The translations under genes were made by a program, and so were the position numbers. A stretch of DNA of 64,000 nt from contig CBDAOI010000003.1 of the NCBI GenBank assembly GCA_965198005.1, forward strand, positions 96,001 through 160,000, written 5' to 3'. Positions 1 to 9,792 of this stretch are shown here, in pieces. The notes beneath the pieces are model-generated. The model saw nothing but the letters and a program-made list of their open reading frames with translations. It was not told where the DNA came from and ran no database searches. The first letter of the stretch is position 1, and the number at the start of each line of letters is the position of its first letter. Origin of the DNA: Spirochaetia bacterium. Lineage in GTDB: Bacteria > Spirochaetota > Spirochaetia > SZUA-6 > Bin103.

Positions 1-2
1 GC

Positions 3-680
3 GAGTTCGCGGAGCTGTCCGCGTACGTGTTCCTGGTGGTGCGCGCCGCCATCCGCCAGATGCAGGTGGAGAACGCCCTGTACGTCCCGGTCAACATCTC
101 CTACGAGCGGATCCCCGAGGACATCGTGTTCCGCCAGTATCAGGCGCGCTCGCGCAAGAGCAAATTCGCCAAGTACGTCTACGACCACTACTACGCGTTC
201 GTGAAGATGCCGTTCGCGCGCCGCATTCGCGACCAGCGGTCGCGCGTGCTGATCCGGTTCGGCGCGGGGATCCCGGTCGATCGGCCGCTGCGGGCGCGCG
301 GCATGGCGGCGCTGGTGCGGGAAGAGATGGGCAAGCTGATGCGGGTCTACGAGAGCACGCTGGTGTTCGCCTCGCTGAGCGATCGGTATAAGATGGGCCG
401 TGCCGAGCTGGAGGAGCGGGTGGCGGCCAACCTGGAGCGGATCGAGGCCTACGGGCTGGACACGTCGCCCCTGTACACTGCCGACCGCCAGCGCCTGTCA
501 CTGGAGCAGATGCTCGAGCGCACGGCCGCGATCTACAACTTTCCCGACGTTCCGATCATCCCCTCCAAGTCGTACATGACCCTGGAGTACGACGACCGGG
601 AGATCTTCGTGCACCATCCCCACCTCGCCTCCTACTACGGCAACAAGCTCAAGCACATCCTGCAGGACGGCGCCGCGTGA
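3..680 (+). CDS. C-terminal part of a probable glycerol-3-phosphate/phospholipid acyltransferase (PlsB-like); 5' end lies outside the window
   Basis: Frame is open from the window edge. LYVPVNISYERIPED followed by IRFG resembles the PlsB/GPAT block. Stop overlaps the pyrG start (GTGA). Confidence 0.5.
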   Translation, partial: EFAELSAYVFLVVRAAIRQMQVENALYVPVNISYERIPEDIVFRQYQARSRKSKFAKYVYDHYYAFVKMPFARRIRDQRSRVLIRFGAGIPVDRPLRARGMAALVREEMGKLMRVYESTLVFASLSDRYKMGRAELEERVAANLERIEAYGLDTSPLYTADRQRLSLEQMLERTAAIYNFPDVPIIPSKSYMTLEYDDREIFVHHPHLASYYGNKLKHILQDGAA

Positions 681-2809
681 CCTCCGACCGGCGCGCGATC
701 GCCGACACGCTCCAGGGGCTCAGCACGCGCTCCGACCCGGGCGAGGAGTATTCGCCGCTGCCCGACGGGTACGCACCCGGCCGCACCCGCTTCATCATCG
801 TCACCGGCAGCGTGATCAGCGGTCTGGGCAAGGGGGTGTTCTCGGCCGGTCTGGCGTCGCTGCTGGAGGGCCGCGGGTATCGCACCAACCTGATCAAGAT
901 GGACGGCTACTTCAATGAAGATGCCGGTACTCTGAACCCGTACCGTCACGGGGAGGTATTCGTGCTCGCCGACGGCACCGAGTGCGACATGGACATCGGC
1001 ACCTACGAACGGTTCGTGGACAAGGATTTCTCCCAGCACAACATCTTCACCAACGGCCGGCTGGCGCGCCGCATCAGCGAGCTAGAGCGCGGCGGCCGCT
1101 TCTCCGGCTCGGACGTGCAGTTCTATCCGCACGTGACCGGCGAGGTGATCCGCTTCGTGCGCGAGTCGGCGCTGGCGTACCGGGCCGACATCACGCTGGT
1201 GGAGATCGGCGGCACGGTGGGTGACGACGAGGTGCGGCCCTACGTCTCGGCGGTGAGCGACCTCGCCTACCAGGAGGGCGAGGGCAACGTGTTCTTCGTC
1301 AATCTGGCGTGGATCATCGAGGCCTCCCATCTCAACGAGCAGAAGAGCAAGGCGGCGCAGCACGGCACCCAGTTGCTGATGCAGATGGGGATCAAGCCGC
1401 AGATGCTGGTGTGCCGTTGCGAGAATCCGCTGGAGGGCGCCGTGCGGCGCAAGCTCGCGCAGCGCCTGCGGCTGCCGCAGCGCAACGTGATCGACCTGCA
1501 CAATCACGACTCGATCTACGCGGTGCCGGGGCATCTGGCGGCGCAGCAGGTGGACGGCATCGTGCTGGACTACTTCCGCCTGCCGGCGCGGCCGCACCGT
1601 CCCGAGTTCCGGTTCGACGGCTACCTGGGCCGGCTGGCGCGGGCGCGCGCGCCGGTGGTGGTGGGGCTCGCCGGCAAGTACATGGGGCCGCGCGACACCT
1701 ATGCCAGCATCCACGCGGCGCTGGAGCACGCGGGTTGCGCGTGCGGGGCGAAGGTGGAGGTGGTGGACGTGCCCACCGACGCCATCGAGCAGGCCGGCGG
1801 CCGCGACCGGCGGGTGGCGAGTGCCGCGGACTGCCTGGCCGAGCTGGACGGCATCATCGTGCCGGGCGGCTTCGGGCGGCGCGGCTGGGAGGGCAAGATC
1901 GCCTGCATCACGCACGCCCGCACCACCGGGCTGCCGCTGCTCGGCATCTGCTACGGGTTCCAGGCGGCGATGGTGGAGTACGCGCGCGAGTGCTGCGACC
2001 TCGGCGGCGCCAACACCACCGAGAACGAGGCGGGCGCCGCGGCGCCGGTGGTGTGCCTGCTGCCCGAGCAGTACGAGATCGAGGGAGTCGGGGGGTCGAT
2101 GCGCCTCGGCCAACAGACCGTCACGCTGCTGGCGGGATCGCGGGTGGCCGCCCTCTACGGGGCTACCCGGGCGGGTGAGCGGTTCCGCCATCGGTACGAG
2201 TTCAATCCGCTGTACCGCAGTATCTTCGAGGACGGCGGCGTGGTGTTCTCGGGCTGGGCGGCCGGGCAGCCGATCATGCAGGTGGCCGAGCTGCCGGAGC
2301 ATCCGTTCTTCATCGGCGTGCAGTTCCATCCGGAGTTCACCAGCCGGCCGGCGCGGCCGAGTCCACTGTTCCACGGCTTCGTGGCCGCCTGCCTGGAGCA
2401 CCGGCGCGCGGGTGCGGGCGGCGCGGGTACGGGCCGTGCGGGCGCGCGCGGCGCGGCGGCGGTACGGACAGCGGGCGGTGCGGACGGCGGCGACGGTGCG
2501 GGCGCGGCTGCGGCACGGACGGCGGCCGGCGCAAGCGCGCGGGCGGGTGCCGGTGCCGGCCGTGCGGGTACGGACGGTGCAGGCGGCGGCGGTGCCGGCG
2601 CGGGCGCGGCGAGCGGCCGGCACCCGCCGGGTCGGGGGCGGGCGAGCGCCCACCAGGGAAGCGCCGAAGGAAGCGCCGGCGGGGGAAGCGCCCACCGGGG
2701 AAGTGACGGCGCCGGCGCGCTCGGGACGGTGAGCGCCGGCGACGGTGGCGGGGACGGCGGCGGCGCCACGCCGGGGAGCGCGGTGGCCACGGCCGCGGGG
2801 GAGCCGTAG
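677..2809 (+). CDS. pyrG: CTP synthase with a ~135-aa Gly/Ala-rich C-terminal tail
   Basis: GSVISGLGKG, DAGTLNPYRHGEVFV, VPGGFG, GICYG (catalytic Cys), RHRYE and QFHPEF motifs. Confidence 0.96.
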   Translation: MTSDRRAIADTLQGLSTRSDPGEEYSPLPDGYAPGRTRFIIVTGSVISGLGKGVFSAGLASLLEGRGYRTNLIKMDGYFNEDAGTLNPYRHGEVFVLADGTECDMDIGTYERFVDKDFSQHNIFTNGRLARRISELERGGRFSGSDVQFYPHVTGEVIRFVRESALAYRADITLVEIGGTVGDDEVRPYVSAVSDLAYQEGEGNVFFVNLAWIIEASHLNEQKSKAAQHGTQLLMQMGIKPQMLVCRCENPLEGAVRRKLAQRLRLPQRNVIDLHNHDSIYAVPGHLAAQQVDGIVLDYFRLPARPHRPEFRFDGYLGRLARARAPVVVGLAGKYMGPRDTYASIHAALEHAGCACGAKVEVVDVPTDAIEQAGGRDRRVASAADCLAELDGIIVPGGFGRRGWEGKIACITHARTTGLPLLGICYGFQAAMVEYARECCDLGGANTTENEAGAAAPVVCLLPEQYEIEGVGGSMRLGQQTVTLLAGSRVAALYGATRAGERFRHRYEFNPLYRSIFEDGGVVFSGWAAGQPIMQVAELPEHPFFIGVQFHPEFTSRPARPSPLFHGFVAACLEHRRAGAGGAGTGRAGARGAAAVRTAGGADGGDGAGAAAARTAAGASARAGAGAGRAGTDGAGGGGAGAGAASGRHPPGRGRASAHQGSAEGSAGGGSAHRGSDGAGALGTVSAGDGGGDGGGATPGSAVATAAGEP

Positions 2810-4089
2810 TGCCGGCAACCGCGGTGGTGGGCGCCAACTGGGGCGACGAGGGCAAGGGCAAGCTGTGCGACTACCTGGCGGAGTCCTCCGATATCGTGGT
2901 CCGCTTTCAGGGCGGCAGCAACGCCGGTCATACGGTCATCAACCAGTACGGCAAGTTCGCCCTGCACCTGGTGCCGTGCGGGGTGTTTCACACCCATACC
3001 ACCAATCTGCTCGGCGCGGGCGTGGGCGTGAATCCGGCCCTGCTGCTGGCGGAGCTGGCCGAGCTGCAGGCGCGCGGCGTACCCAACGCGCGGGTGCTGA
3101 TCTCCGACCGGGCGCAGGTGGTGCTGCCGTTTCACGTCGAGCTGGACCGCCTGGAGGAGGAACGCCGCGGTGCCGCCAGGTTCGGCTCGACCCAGTCGGG
3201 CATGGCGCCGTTCTACTCCGACAAGTACCTGAAGGTGGGCATTCAGGTGTGCGAGCTGTTCGACGGCGCGCGCCTGCGCGTGCGGCTGGAGCCGTCGCTG
3301 GAGCGCACCAACGTGCTGCGCGAGCACTTCTACGGGGCGGCGCCGTTGCCGCTGGAGCCTCTGGTCGAGGAGCTGGCGGGACTCGGCGCCCGGATCCGCC
3401 CGCTGGTGGTGGACGCCGGCGCCCTGCTGCGCGACGCGCTCGACGCCGGCAAGCACGTTCTGCTGGAAGGGCAGCTCGGCGCGTTGCGCGACCCCGACCA
3501 CGGCATCTACCCCTTCACCACCTCCTCCTCGCCGCTGGCGGGGTTCGCCACGGTCGGCGCCGGCGTCCCCGCGCATGCCATCGACCGGGTGGTGGCCACG
3601 GTCAAGGCCTACTCCTCCTGCGTCGGCGCCGGCCCCTTCACCACCGAGCTGACCGGCGCCTGCGGCGACGAGTTGCGCGCGCGCGGCGGCGATGCCGGCG
3701 AGTATGGCGCCACCACCGGCCGCCCGCGCCGGGTCGGCTGGTTCGACACCGTGGCCACCCGCTACGGCTGCGCCGTCCAGGGCGCCACCGAGCTGGCGGT
3801 GACCCTGCTGGACGTGCTCGGCTACCTGGACGCCATTCCGGTCTGCACCGCCTACGAGGTCGACGGCCGCCAGCTACGGGAGTTCCCGACCACGGCGGCG
3901 CTGGAGCGGGCGCGCCCGGTATACGAGACCCTGCCCGGCTGGAACTGCGACCTCAGCCACGCCCGCCGGTTCGCCGAGCTGCCGTCCCAGGCCCGCGCCT
4001 ACGTGCGCACCATCGAAGCCGCCGCCGCCGTCCCCGTACGCTGGATCTCGGTCGGCCCCCGCCGCGAGCAGTTGATCAGGGTCGAGTGA
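2809..4089 (+). CDS. purA: adenylosuccinate synthetase
   Basis: NWGDEGKGK, GGSNAGHT, EGQLG, YPFTTSS and EYGATTGRPRRVGWFD motifs. Confidence 0.97.
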   Translation: MPATAVVGANWGDEGKGKLCDYLAESSDIVVRFQGGSNAGHTVINQYGKFALHLVPCGVFHTHTTNLLGAGVGVNPALLLAELAELQARGVPNARVLISDRAQVVLPFHVELDRLEEERRGAARFGSTQSGMAPFYSDKYLKVGIQVCELFDGARLRVRLEPSLERTNVLREHFYGAAPLPLEPLVEELAGLGARIRPLVVDAGALLRDALDAGKHVLLEGQLGALRDPDHGIYPFTTSSSPLAGFATVGAGVPAHAIDRVVATVKAYSSCVGAGPFTTELTGACGDELRARGGDAGEYGATTGRPRRVGWFDTVATRYGCAVQGATELAVTLLDVLGYLDAIPVCTAYEVDGRQLREFPTTAALERARPVYETLPGWNCDLSHARRFAELPSQARAYVRTIEAAAAVPVRWISVGPRREQLIRVE

Positions 4090-4129
4090 GGGAGGGGTTT
4101 CGTACCGAACTTCCGAGCGAGCGCACTAC

Positions 4130-5584
4130 CTATGAGACGTGAAGCGGGAAACGAACCCGGTCACGTCCTGTCTCAGCCAGCTCAAACGGCATGCGTAGTT
4201 TCGCCCCTTCCGGCGGTTGCAGATAGTCATACATCGTCGAAAGACCGAGCACGGATTCCCCGTCCTTGTTCGCACGCCAAGTTCCTGCCAGCGGGTAGCA
4301 TCGAAAACACGGCACCATGGATTCTCGGTACCGCATCGTGGTCTCCTTTGCAATCAATATGTCAGCGGGCTCCTGTAACTGAAGGAGATATGGGGAATGA
4401 GTGGCCAGAATGAGCTGACGCATCACGTTTCCATTTCCAATTTGGCTCCCGGTGTCCACGGCCAAGTCCCTCAGAAGCCCCTCCATGGCCGGCAACCGCT
4501 CAGGATGGATGCCGTTCTCCGGTTCTTCGATACAGAGTACCCCCCCGGATTCGGGGTCTTCCGCCAGAATGGCTAGGGCAAGAAAGCGCAGTGTGCCGTC
4601 CGATACAGCACTCGCGGAAAAGTGCTGACCGCCCGTCTCCTCAATCGACAGGGTGAGCAGTTCACGAACGTCATCACGGACCACGTCGACACAGGTTACG
4701 GGAACGAGTTCAGCCAGCCTTGCCGATATGCGCGCGGCGACATCACCATTTTCCCCATCGAACCGCTTCAATCGATTGAGCGCTCCGGCAAGGTGGGCAC
4801 CGTTGTCGGACACGAAAGCGGGGTCTCGTGCGACACGATCCGGACGCCGCAGGGCGCTCGGCTCCAGGGCGAGTAGTCTCCATTTCTGCATTTCGCGGCG
4901 TGCAGCCAGGATCGTTGGTGTCGCTATCGTGCTTGTGGTGCTGACAATCGTTCTGGGCGCCGTGCGGGCTGGGGCTCTCTGCCCTGGTCCCCTCGACCCG
5001 CCGTCTTGATGAACGATAATCTCGGGCGTGTCGTCTTCAGTGATCTCGGTGGAAATATAGCCGGTCTTGGCGAACCGCCGGTTCTTCACGGCAGAGTCTC
5101 GGAATCTCGACTTGGAATGAGGAAAGCGCAGCTTCTTGACGGCATCTCCCTGTCGAATCAACTGAAGCGATTCCGAGTGCAGTTCCAGATCGGAGCCTAG
5201 GCCGTCCGCCCTGGAGTCTCCACCCCTGAGACCGAGTTCTATTTCGTAGCGTAAGAAAGTTGATGTAGCCTGACCCGGGCGTCCGAAGTCATCATTCACT
5301 CGCTGGTCCACCAACATTTCGGCTGCAAGCCGGAACGAATCCTTGTGCAGGTTGTTGCCGCGAAAGAACAGGTCGTCCGGGCGAGCCGTGTTGCCCGTTC
5401 TAGAGCGTACCTGCAGCGCAGCTTCGAGGATGGAGTGATCCGCCAGCAGGGAAAGAAAGTGAATTGCATCGAAAATGTTCGACTTGCCGATTCCGTTCGG
5501 GCCCGCGATACACGTGTACGGACCGAAATCGACCGTAAAGTCGATGAGGTTCTTGAATCCGTCCGCTTCCAGGCGAGTCAGCAT
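4130..5584 (-). CDS. ABC/SMC-like ATPase (AAA_21/AAA_15 type), lower-GC cargo gene
   Basis: Walker A GPNGIGKS, signature SDGTLRFL, Walker B/D-loop IEEPENGIHP and H-loop ATHSP. Confidence 0.85.
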   Translation of the reverse strand: MLTRLEADGFKNLIDFTVDFGPYTCIAGPNGIGKSNIFDAIHFLSLLADHSILEAALQVRSRTGNTARPDDLFFRGNNLHKDSFRLAAEMLVDQRVNDDFGRPGQATSTFLRYEIELGLRGGDSRADGLGSDLELHSESLQLIRQGDAVKKLRFPHSKSRFRDSAVKNRRFAKTGYISTEITEDDTPEIIVHQDGGSRGPGQRAPARTAPRTIVSTTSTIATPTILAARREMQKWRLLALEPSALRRPDRVARDPAFVSDNGAHLAGALNRLKRFDGENGDVAARISARLAELVPVTCVDVVRDDVRELLTLSIEETGGQHFSASAVSDGTLRFLALAILAEDPESGGVLCIEEPENGIHPERLPAMEGLLRDLAVDTGSQIGNGNVMRQLILATHSPYLLQLQEPADILIAKETTMRYRESMVPCFRCYPLAGTWRANKDGESVLGLSTMYDYLQPPEGAKLRMPFELAETGRDRVRFPLHVS

Positions 5585-5650
5585 GTAGGTGCGGTAGCCT
5601 CCGTAGTCGTTAGTGTAGCAGCAATACTATGCACTATCAGGAAACTTGTC

Positions 5651-5771
5651 TCAAAGCGGTGCGCGGGTGGCCCAGGCCCGCGCCTACGTGCCCATCGAAA
5701 CCGCCGCCGGCGTCCCGGTACGGTGGAGCTCGGTCGGCCCCCGCCGCGAGCAGTTGATCCGCATCGACTGA
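5651..5771. repeat. fused degenerate copies of the nudC 3' end (5651-5678) and the purA 3' end (5671-5771)
   Basis: 5651-5678 matches 7034-7061, including the stop position. 5671-5771 matches 3986-4089, including TGA. The two copies overlap at CCCAGGCC. Confidence 0.92.
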
Positions 5772-5780
5772 CGTGCGGCG

Positions 5781-6886
5781 CTACCGGACGCGCGCGATGC
5801 CATGGTTCCTGATCTGGTGCTCAATCACCAGGGACGAGACGCCGAACTCGGTTCCCAACTCGTCAATATCATCCCCATCCACCACCCGTCTGCTTACTCG
5901 GCTCCGCAACCCCGAGGAAGGTGCGAGGAACTCGGCGGCAAAGGCACGATTGCGCTGTTGTCGTTCGGAATGAGCTCTGGTGAGCAACGTATCAGTGTCC
6001 GGTGACAACAGCACTTCAGACAGCGCCCGACAGAAGTGAAAGCGGCGGCGCTCGTCGCTGAGTTGGCGAAATGCAAATGCTGGAGTCCCGTGATCGTCGC
6101 GAGTAATGATCCCGTCCACCATGGCGGGCATACGGTCCGAGTCCAGCCGAGAGGTAGTCACTCTCTCAATCGACTCGGCATCCTCGCCAAGGGCCTCCGC
6201 TATCTCTGGCGTAGTCGGCAATGCAGCTCCGTCCAATCCCAAAAGCTCTCGCAGTTTCCGTGCACAATCGCACCCAAGCTCCCAGGGATGTGTCTCTGTG
6301 CCGATGTAAGGACGAACAGCATCGCCAAGAGACCGGAGCCGGTCCAGCGCAAGGCTATTGTCTCGCTTGGCGTTCGCGATGGTATGCACGACGGAGAACC
6401 AATCCTCGTAGGGACCGTCCGCTACGATCGCCGGCACTGCCTCGTCGAGCAAAGAACCCAGCTTCTCCGCGAGTTCAAGGATCCGACAGCGCATGTCTTG
6501 GTTCAGGGCATACGGATCCCACCCCAGGCCGGCCGCGGTTCTGCAGAACTGTAAATCTTCTTCATCGGCGCTCATAATGGCTTCCCACTCGCTTTGAAGA
6601 TACGTGTCGCGGACCTCCAGCGCTGTCAGTCGGCGCATCACCTGATCGACGAGGCCGGCGCACGTCTCGCGGAACGCGTCGCTGTCTACCCAGGCTATTC
6701 CCTGGTCGAGGAATTCGACGTTGCTCCACTTGAGAAGTCACGAACTGTCTTCGCGCGCCCGTCCAACACGCGGGTAATGATGGAGTCTCCGGCCCGGATG
6801 CACAAAGAGGCCCAGGTGGCGGAGAATTCCGGACCGCTGATCCCTTCCGCATCAACCCAGTCGATCTCGAAACTGAACTCAGGCAT
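5781..6886 (-). pseudogene. ImmA/IrrE (Peptidase_M78)-like protein lacking HExxH, broken by a frameshift or internal deletion near 6733
   Basis: N-terminal MPEFSFEIDWV... frame stops at 6695. A second frame (KWSNVEFLDQG...) continues to RRRFHFCRAL and NRAFAAEFLAP, which are M78-like motifs. Confidence 0.62.
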
Positions 6887-7033
6887 AGAACTCCTCGATG
6901 CCGGCCGGCCACTCGTCTTCGTAGGCAATGACACGTCGGCGGGGCCGCTTGCGTCTGCTGGCACGCATACTCGTCTATGGGACCATACCATGCGACCGGT
7001 TGCAACGGGTAGAACGGGCAGAGTTGCTTATCG

Positions 7034-7963
7034 TCAGCACGGTGCGCGGGTGGCCCAGGCCTTGATCAGGTGGTGGGCGATGGCGATGGGGCCGGGGAGG
7101 GTGAGGCGCGGATTGTTGCCGTCGAGCGCCAGCAGCACCTCGCGGCGGTCGAACCAGCGGACGTCGGCCATCTCCTCGTGGTCCATGCGGATGGTGGTGG
7201 TGGCCGCGTCGGCCAGGCAGCCGATCATGAGCGAGGATGGGAACGGCCACGGCTGGGAGGAGTGGTAGCGCACGTTGCGCACGCGCACGCCGGCCTCTTC
7301 CATCACCTCGCGCGCGACCGCTTCCTCGATTGCCTCGCCCTGGTCCACGAAGCCGGCCAGGGCGGAGTAGATCTTGAGCCGCGACAGCCGGCCGCGGGTC
7401 TGCCCGAGCAGGCAGCGGTCGCGCGCGACGTCGGCCACCACCGTGATCACGACCGGATCGGTGCGCGGGAAGTGCTGCATGCCGCAGGCCGGGCAACGGC
7501 GCACCTGACCGCCGCGCTGCTTGACCGTGGGCTGCCCGCAGCCCGAGCAGAAACCGTACCGGTTGTGCCAGTCGAGGTGCGCTCGCGCCTGGGCCAGGAT
7601 GCCGGTTTCGGGGAGCGCCAGCAGGCTTCCGGCGGTGCGGCAGTCCGTAAACTGCCAGCCGCGCTCGTCGCGGATCCGGTCGAGCGCCGCCTGACAACCG
7701 GACAGATCGACCGCGAAGTGGGCCCGCCCGTCCATTACCCCCAGCAACAGCGGTTCCGCCGCCGGCGCCAGCGGCCGCACCCAGGCGGCGGCGAGCCAGC
7801 CGAGCGCCGCCTGCGCGCCGTCGGTCAGCAGCACCTCCAGGTCGCGGAACGGCAGCCACCGGCTGTCGGGCGCGCGGGCCGCGGCCTCCAGCCAGGCTTC
7901 GTCACGCCGCGCGCGGTCGCCGCGGTCGAGGGGATTGGCAGCAAAGGTGTGTGTAGGGCTCAC
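7034..7963 (-). CDS. nudC: NADH pyrophosphatase (Nudix)
   Basis: Zn ribbon FCSGCG...CPAC, FPRTDPVVI, Nudix box AGFVDQGEAIEEAVAREVMEEAG and SQPWPFPSSLM. Confidence 0.94.
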   Translation of the reverse strand: MSPTHTFAANPLDRGDRARRDEAWLEAAARAPDSRWLPFRDLEVLLTDGAQAALGWLAAAWVRPLAPAAEPLLLGVMDGRAHFAVDLSGCQAALDRIRDERGWQFTDCRTAGSLLALPETGILAQARAHLDWHNRYGFCSGCGQPTVKQRGGQVRRCPACGMQHFPRTDPVVITVVADVARDRCLLGQTRGRLSRLKIYSALAGFVDQGEAIEEAVAREVMEEAGVRVRNVRYHSSQPWPFPSSLMIGCLADAATTTIRMDHEEMADVRWFDRREVLLALDGNNPRLTLPGPIAIAHHLIKAWATRAPC

Positions 7964-8170
7964 CCGTCTCCCACCCAAGTGACGCACAAGCTTGAGTAGT
8001 GTAGCTTGCGCCCCGGTGCGCCCGTATCAACAAGGCATGAAGTAATCTGCGGCGATCTCCATCCCTTTCCGCCGTCTCCGGAAACGCTTCGGGGCCGAGT
8101 ATTACAAGGGCAAGCAGGGTTGTACATACTACGATCTGAAAACGGCTCTCTTAGTCCTTCGGCTTAATGG

Positions 8171-8644
8171 CTAAGGCATGACGGCGGCCCTGTCGACGGA
8201 GTCGCCCTCATTTGTTGGGGAGTCAACTGGAACACAAGCATCACCACGGATTGCGGCGGACCGTATTCGATATCCGACGGTCGCTTCTACGAGCCGAGCC
8301 TTCAGGTCTCTCGATGACGCTTCTTTCGGCACCGGTATGTCGATCACCCTTGCGAAACGGGTAAGGTCCGTCTTTGATTGCAGCATACCGTCGATCAATT
8401 CTACAGCGCGTTCTCTCGTATTAGCCTTTCCCAATGCGTAATTAAGTTGGCTCATTTCTTCATTAGAACAACGATTTGGTTTTTCGCGTCTCTTTGTCTG
8501 TTTATCGGCAGGACGAATCTCTATCTTCAAATCCCCATCCAAGATGCGCTCAACGTCGTCGTCGTTCATCGCTTGAATCTGCTTTGCGAAATGATGCAAC
8601 AGCGCTACAACTTGTTGCTTTACAGATGTCCGTTTGGTCGTCAT
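8171..8644 (-). CDS. hypothetical protein, low-GC islet
   Basis: 157-aa ORF with protein-like composition. Its ATG overlaps the stop of an upstream broken ORF (ATGA at 8641-8644). Confidence 0.65.
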   Translation of the reverse strand: MTTKRTSVKQQVVALLHHFAKQIQAMNDDDVERILDGDLKIEIRPADKQTKRREKPNRCSNEEMSQLNYALGKANTRERAVELIDGMLQSKTDLTRFARVIDIPVPKEASSRDLKARLVEATVGYRIRSAAIRGDACVPVDSPTNEGDSVDRAAVMP

Positions 8645-8958
8645 GCGAGCCTCCGCTCAAACTCGTCTGCGAGTATCTCAATTTCCTGCACCACGATGTT
8701 GTGTGTGAAGTTCGCCACCTGTCGTACGGGGACGCAGCAGCTTTGCAACGGACTGTGGTTGGAATGCCAGGGATACCGCTACTACAGGCATGTGGCCCCT
8801 CGTACTGATCTCGTAGGCAAGAGCGTATACTTGACCTCGGGGTACGGTCAAACGGGCTCACGGCTGGTTGTGGCCACCTGTCGATGTCGGAAGGGTCTTG
8901 CCCCTCCTGTCCCCGTCGGCCGCACTTCGTTCTGTCCCGCGAGGCGCAGATGGGAGAT

Positions 8959-9792
8959 TCATTCGGCGATCCCCTGTGCGCGAAGGAAGGTGAGCACCGC
9001 CGGCCACGGGCGCGGGCAGTCGTTGTGGCCGCACGGCAGGCGCACGGGGGCCGTGCCGGCGGCGCGCGCCAGTTTCTCGGCATGCGCAAACGGAATCACG
9101 CGGTCGCGCGCGCCGTGCAGCACCAGCGTGGGGGCGGCGCCGGAGGCCACGGCCGGGAGATTGTCGAACGGATCGAGCACCCAGGCGCGCGGCAGGAACC
9201 AGGGCATGAGGTCGGCGACGCTGGTGAACGTCGACTCCAGCACCAGCGCCGCCAGCGGCCGCTGCACGGCGAGCGCGCACGCGGCGCCGCCCCCGAGCGA
9301 CCGGCCGTAGGCGACGATGCGCGCCGGATCGACGTCCGGGTGGCGGCGGGCGATGTCGTAGGCGGCGATCACGGTGGCGGTGATCGACTGCCGGCTGGGT
9401 CTGCCGCTGGAGCGGCCGTAGCCGGGGTATTCGACCAGCAGCACGCCGAATCCGGCCGCGGTCATGGGCGCGAACGGCGCCACCCAGTGGTCGATCAGCT
9501 CGCCGTTGCCGTGCAGGTAGATGATGAGCGGAAAGGGAGTGGCCGCCGGCGTGCCGGCGGCGGCGGCCGTCGTGGGCTGCGCGGGCGCCGCCGGCCGCAG
9601 CAGCCACGCCTCGACCGCGTCCTTGGGGCCGAGCCGGAGCCGCTCGCTGCCAGCGGGCAGGTGCGGCGGGCTCGCCGGCAGTGGCGGGCGCGGGTACATG
9701 AACCGCCGCTGCAGCCCGATCGCCGCGCCGACCACGAGCACGACCGCGAGCAGGGCGGCGAGCGGAATGGTGAGGCCGGGGGTCAGGCGCAC
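8959..9792 (-). CDS. alpha/beta hydrolase (ABHD/Bem46-like) with N-terminal membrane anchor
   Basis: YLHGNGE, EYPGYG, GRSLGG nucleophile elbow, HGARDRVIP and GHND motifs. Confidence 0.9.
   Translation of the reverse strand: MRLTPGLTIPLAALLAVVLVVGAAIGLQRRFMYPRPPLPASPPHLPAGSERLRLGPKDAVEAWLLRPAAPAQPTTAAAAGTPAATPFPLIIYLHGNGELIDHWVAPFAPMTAAGFGVLLVEYPGYGRSSGRPSRQSITATVIAAYDIARRHPDVDPARIVAYGRSLGGGAACALAVQRPLAALVLESTFTSVADLMPWFLPRAWVLDPFDNLPAVASGAAPTLVLHGARDRVIPFAHAEKLARAAGTAPVRLPCGHNDCPRPWPAVLTFLRAQGIAE

Noticed and set aside
4090-7033. Integron cassette array
   Set aside because: No attC-like palindromes with RYYYAAC/GTTRRRY ends and no IntI were seen. The spacer is explained by purA/nudC end copies.
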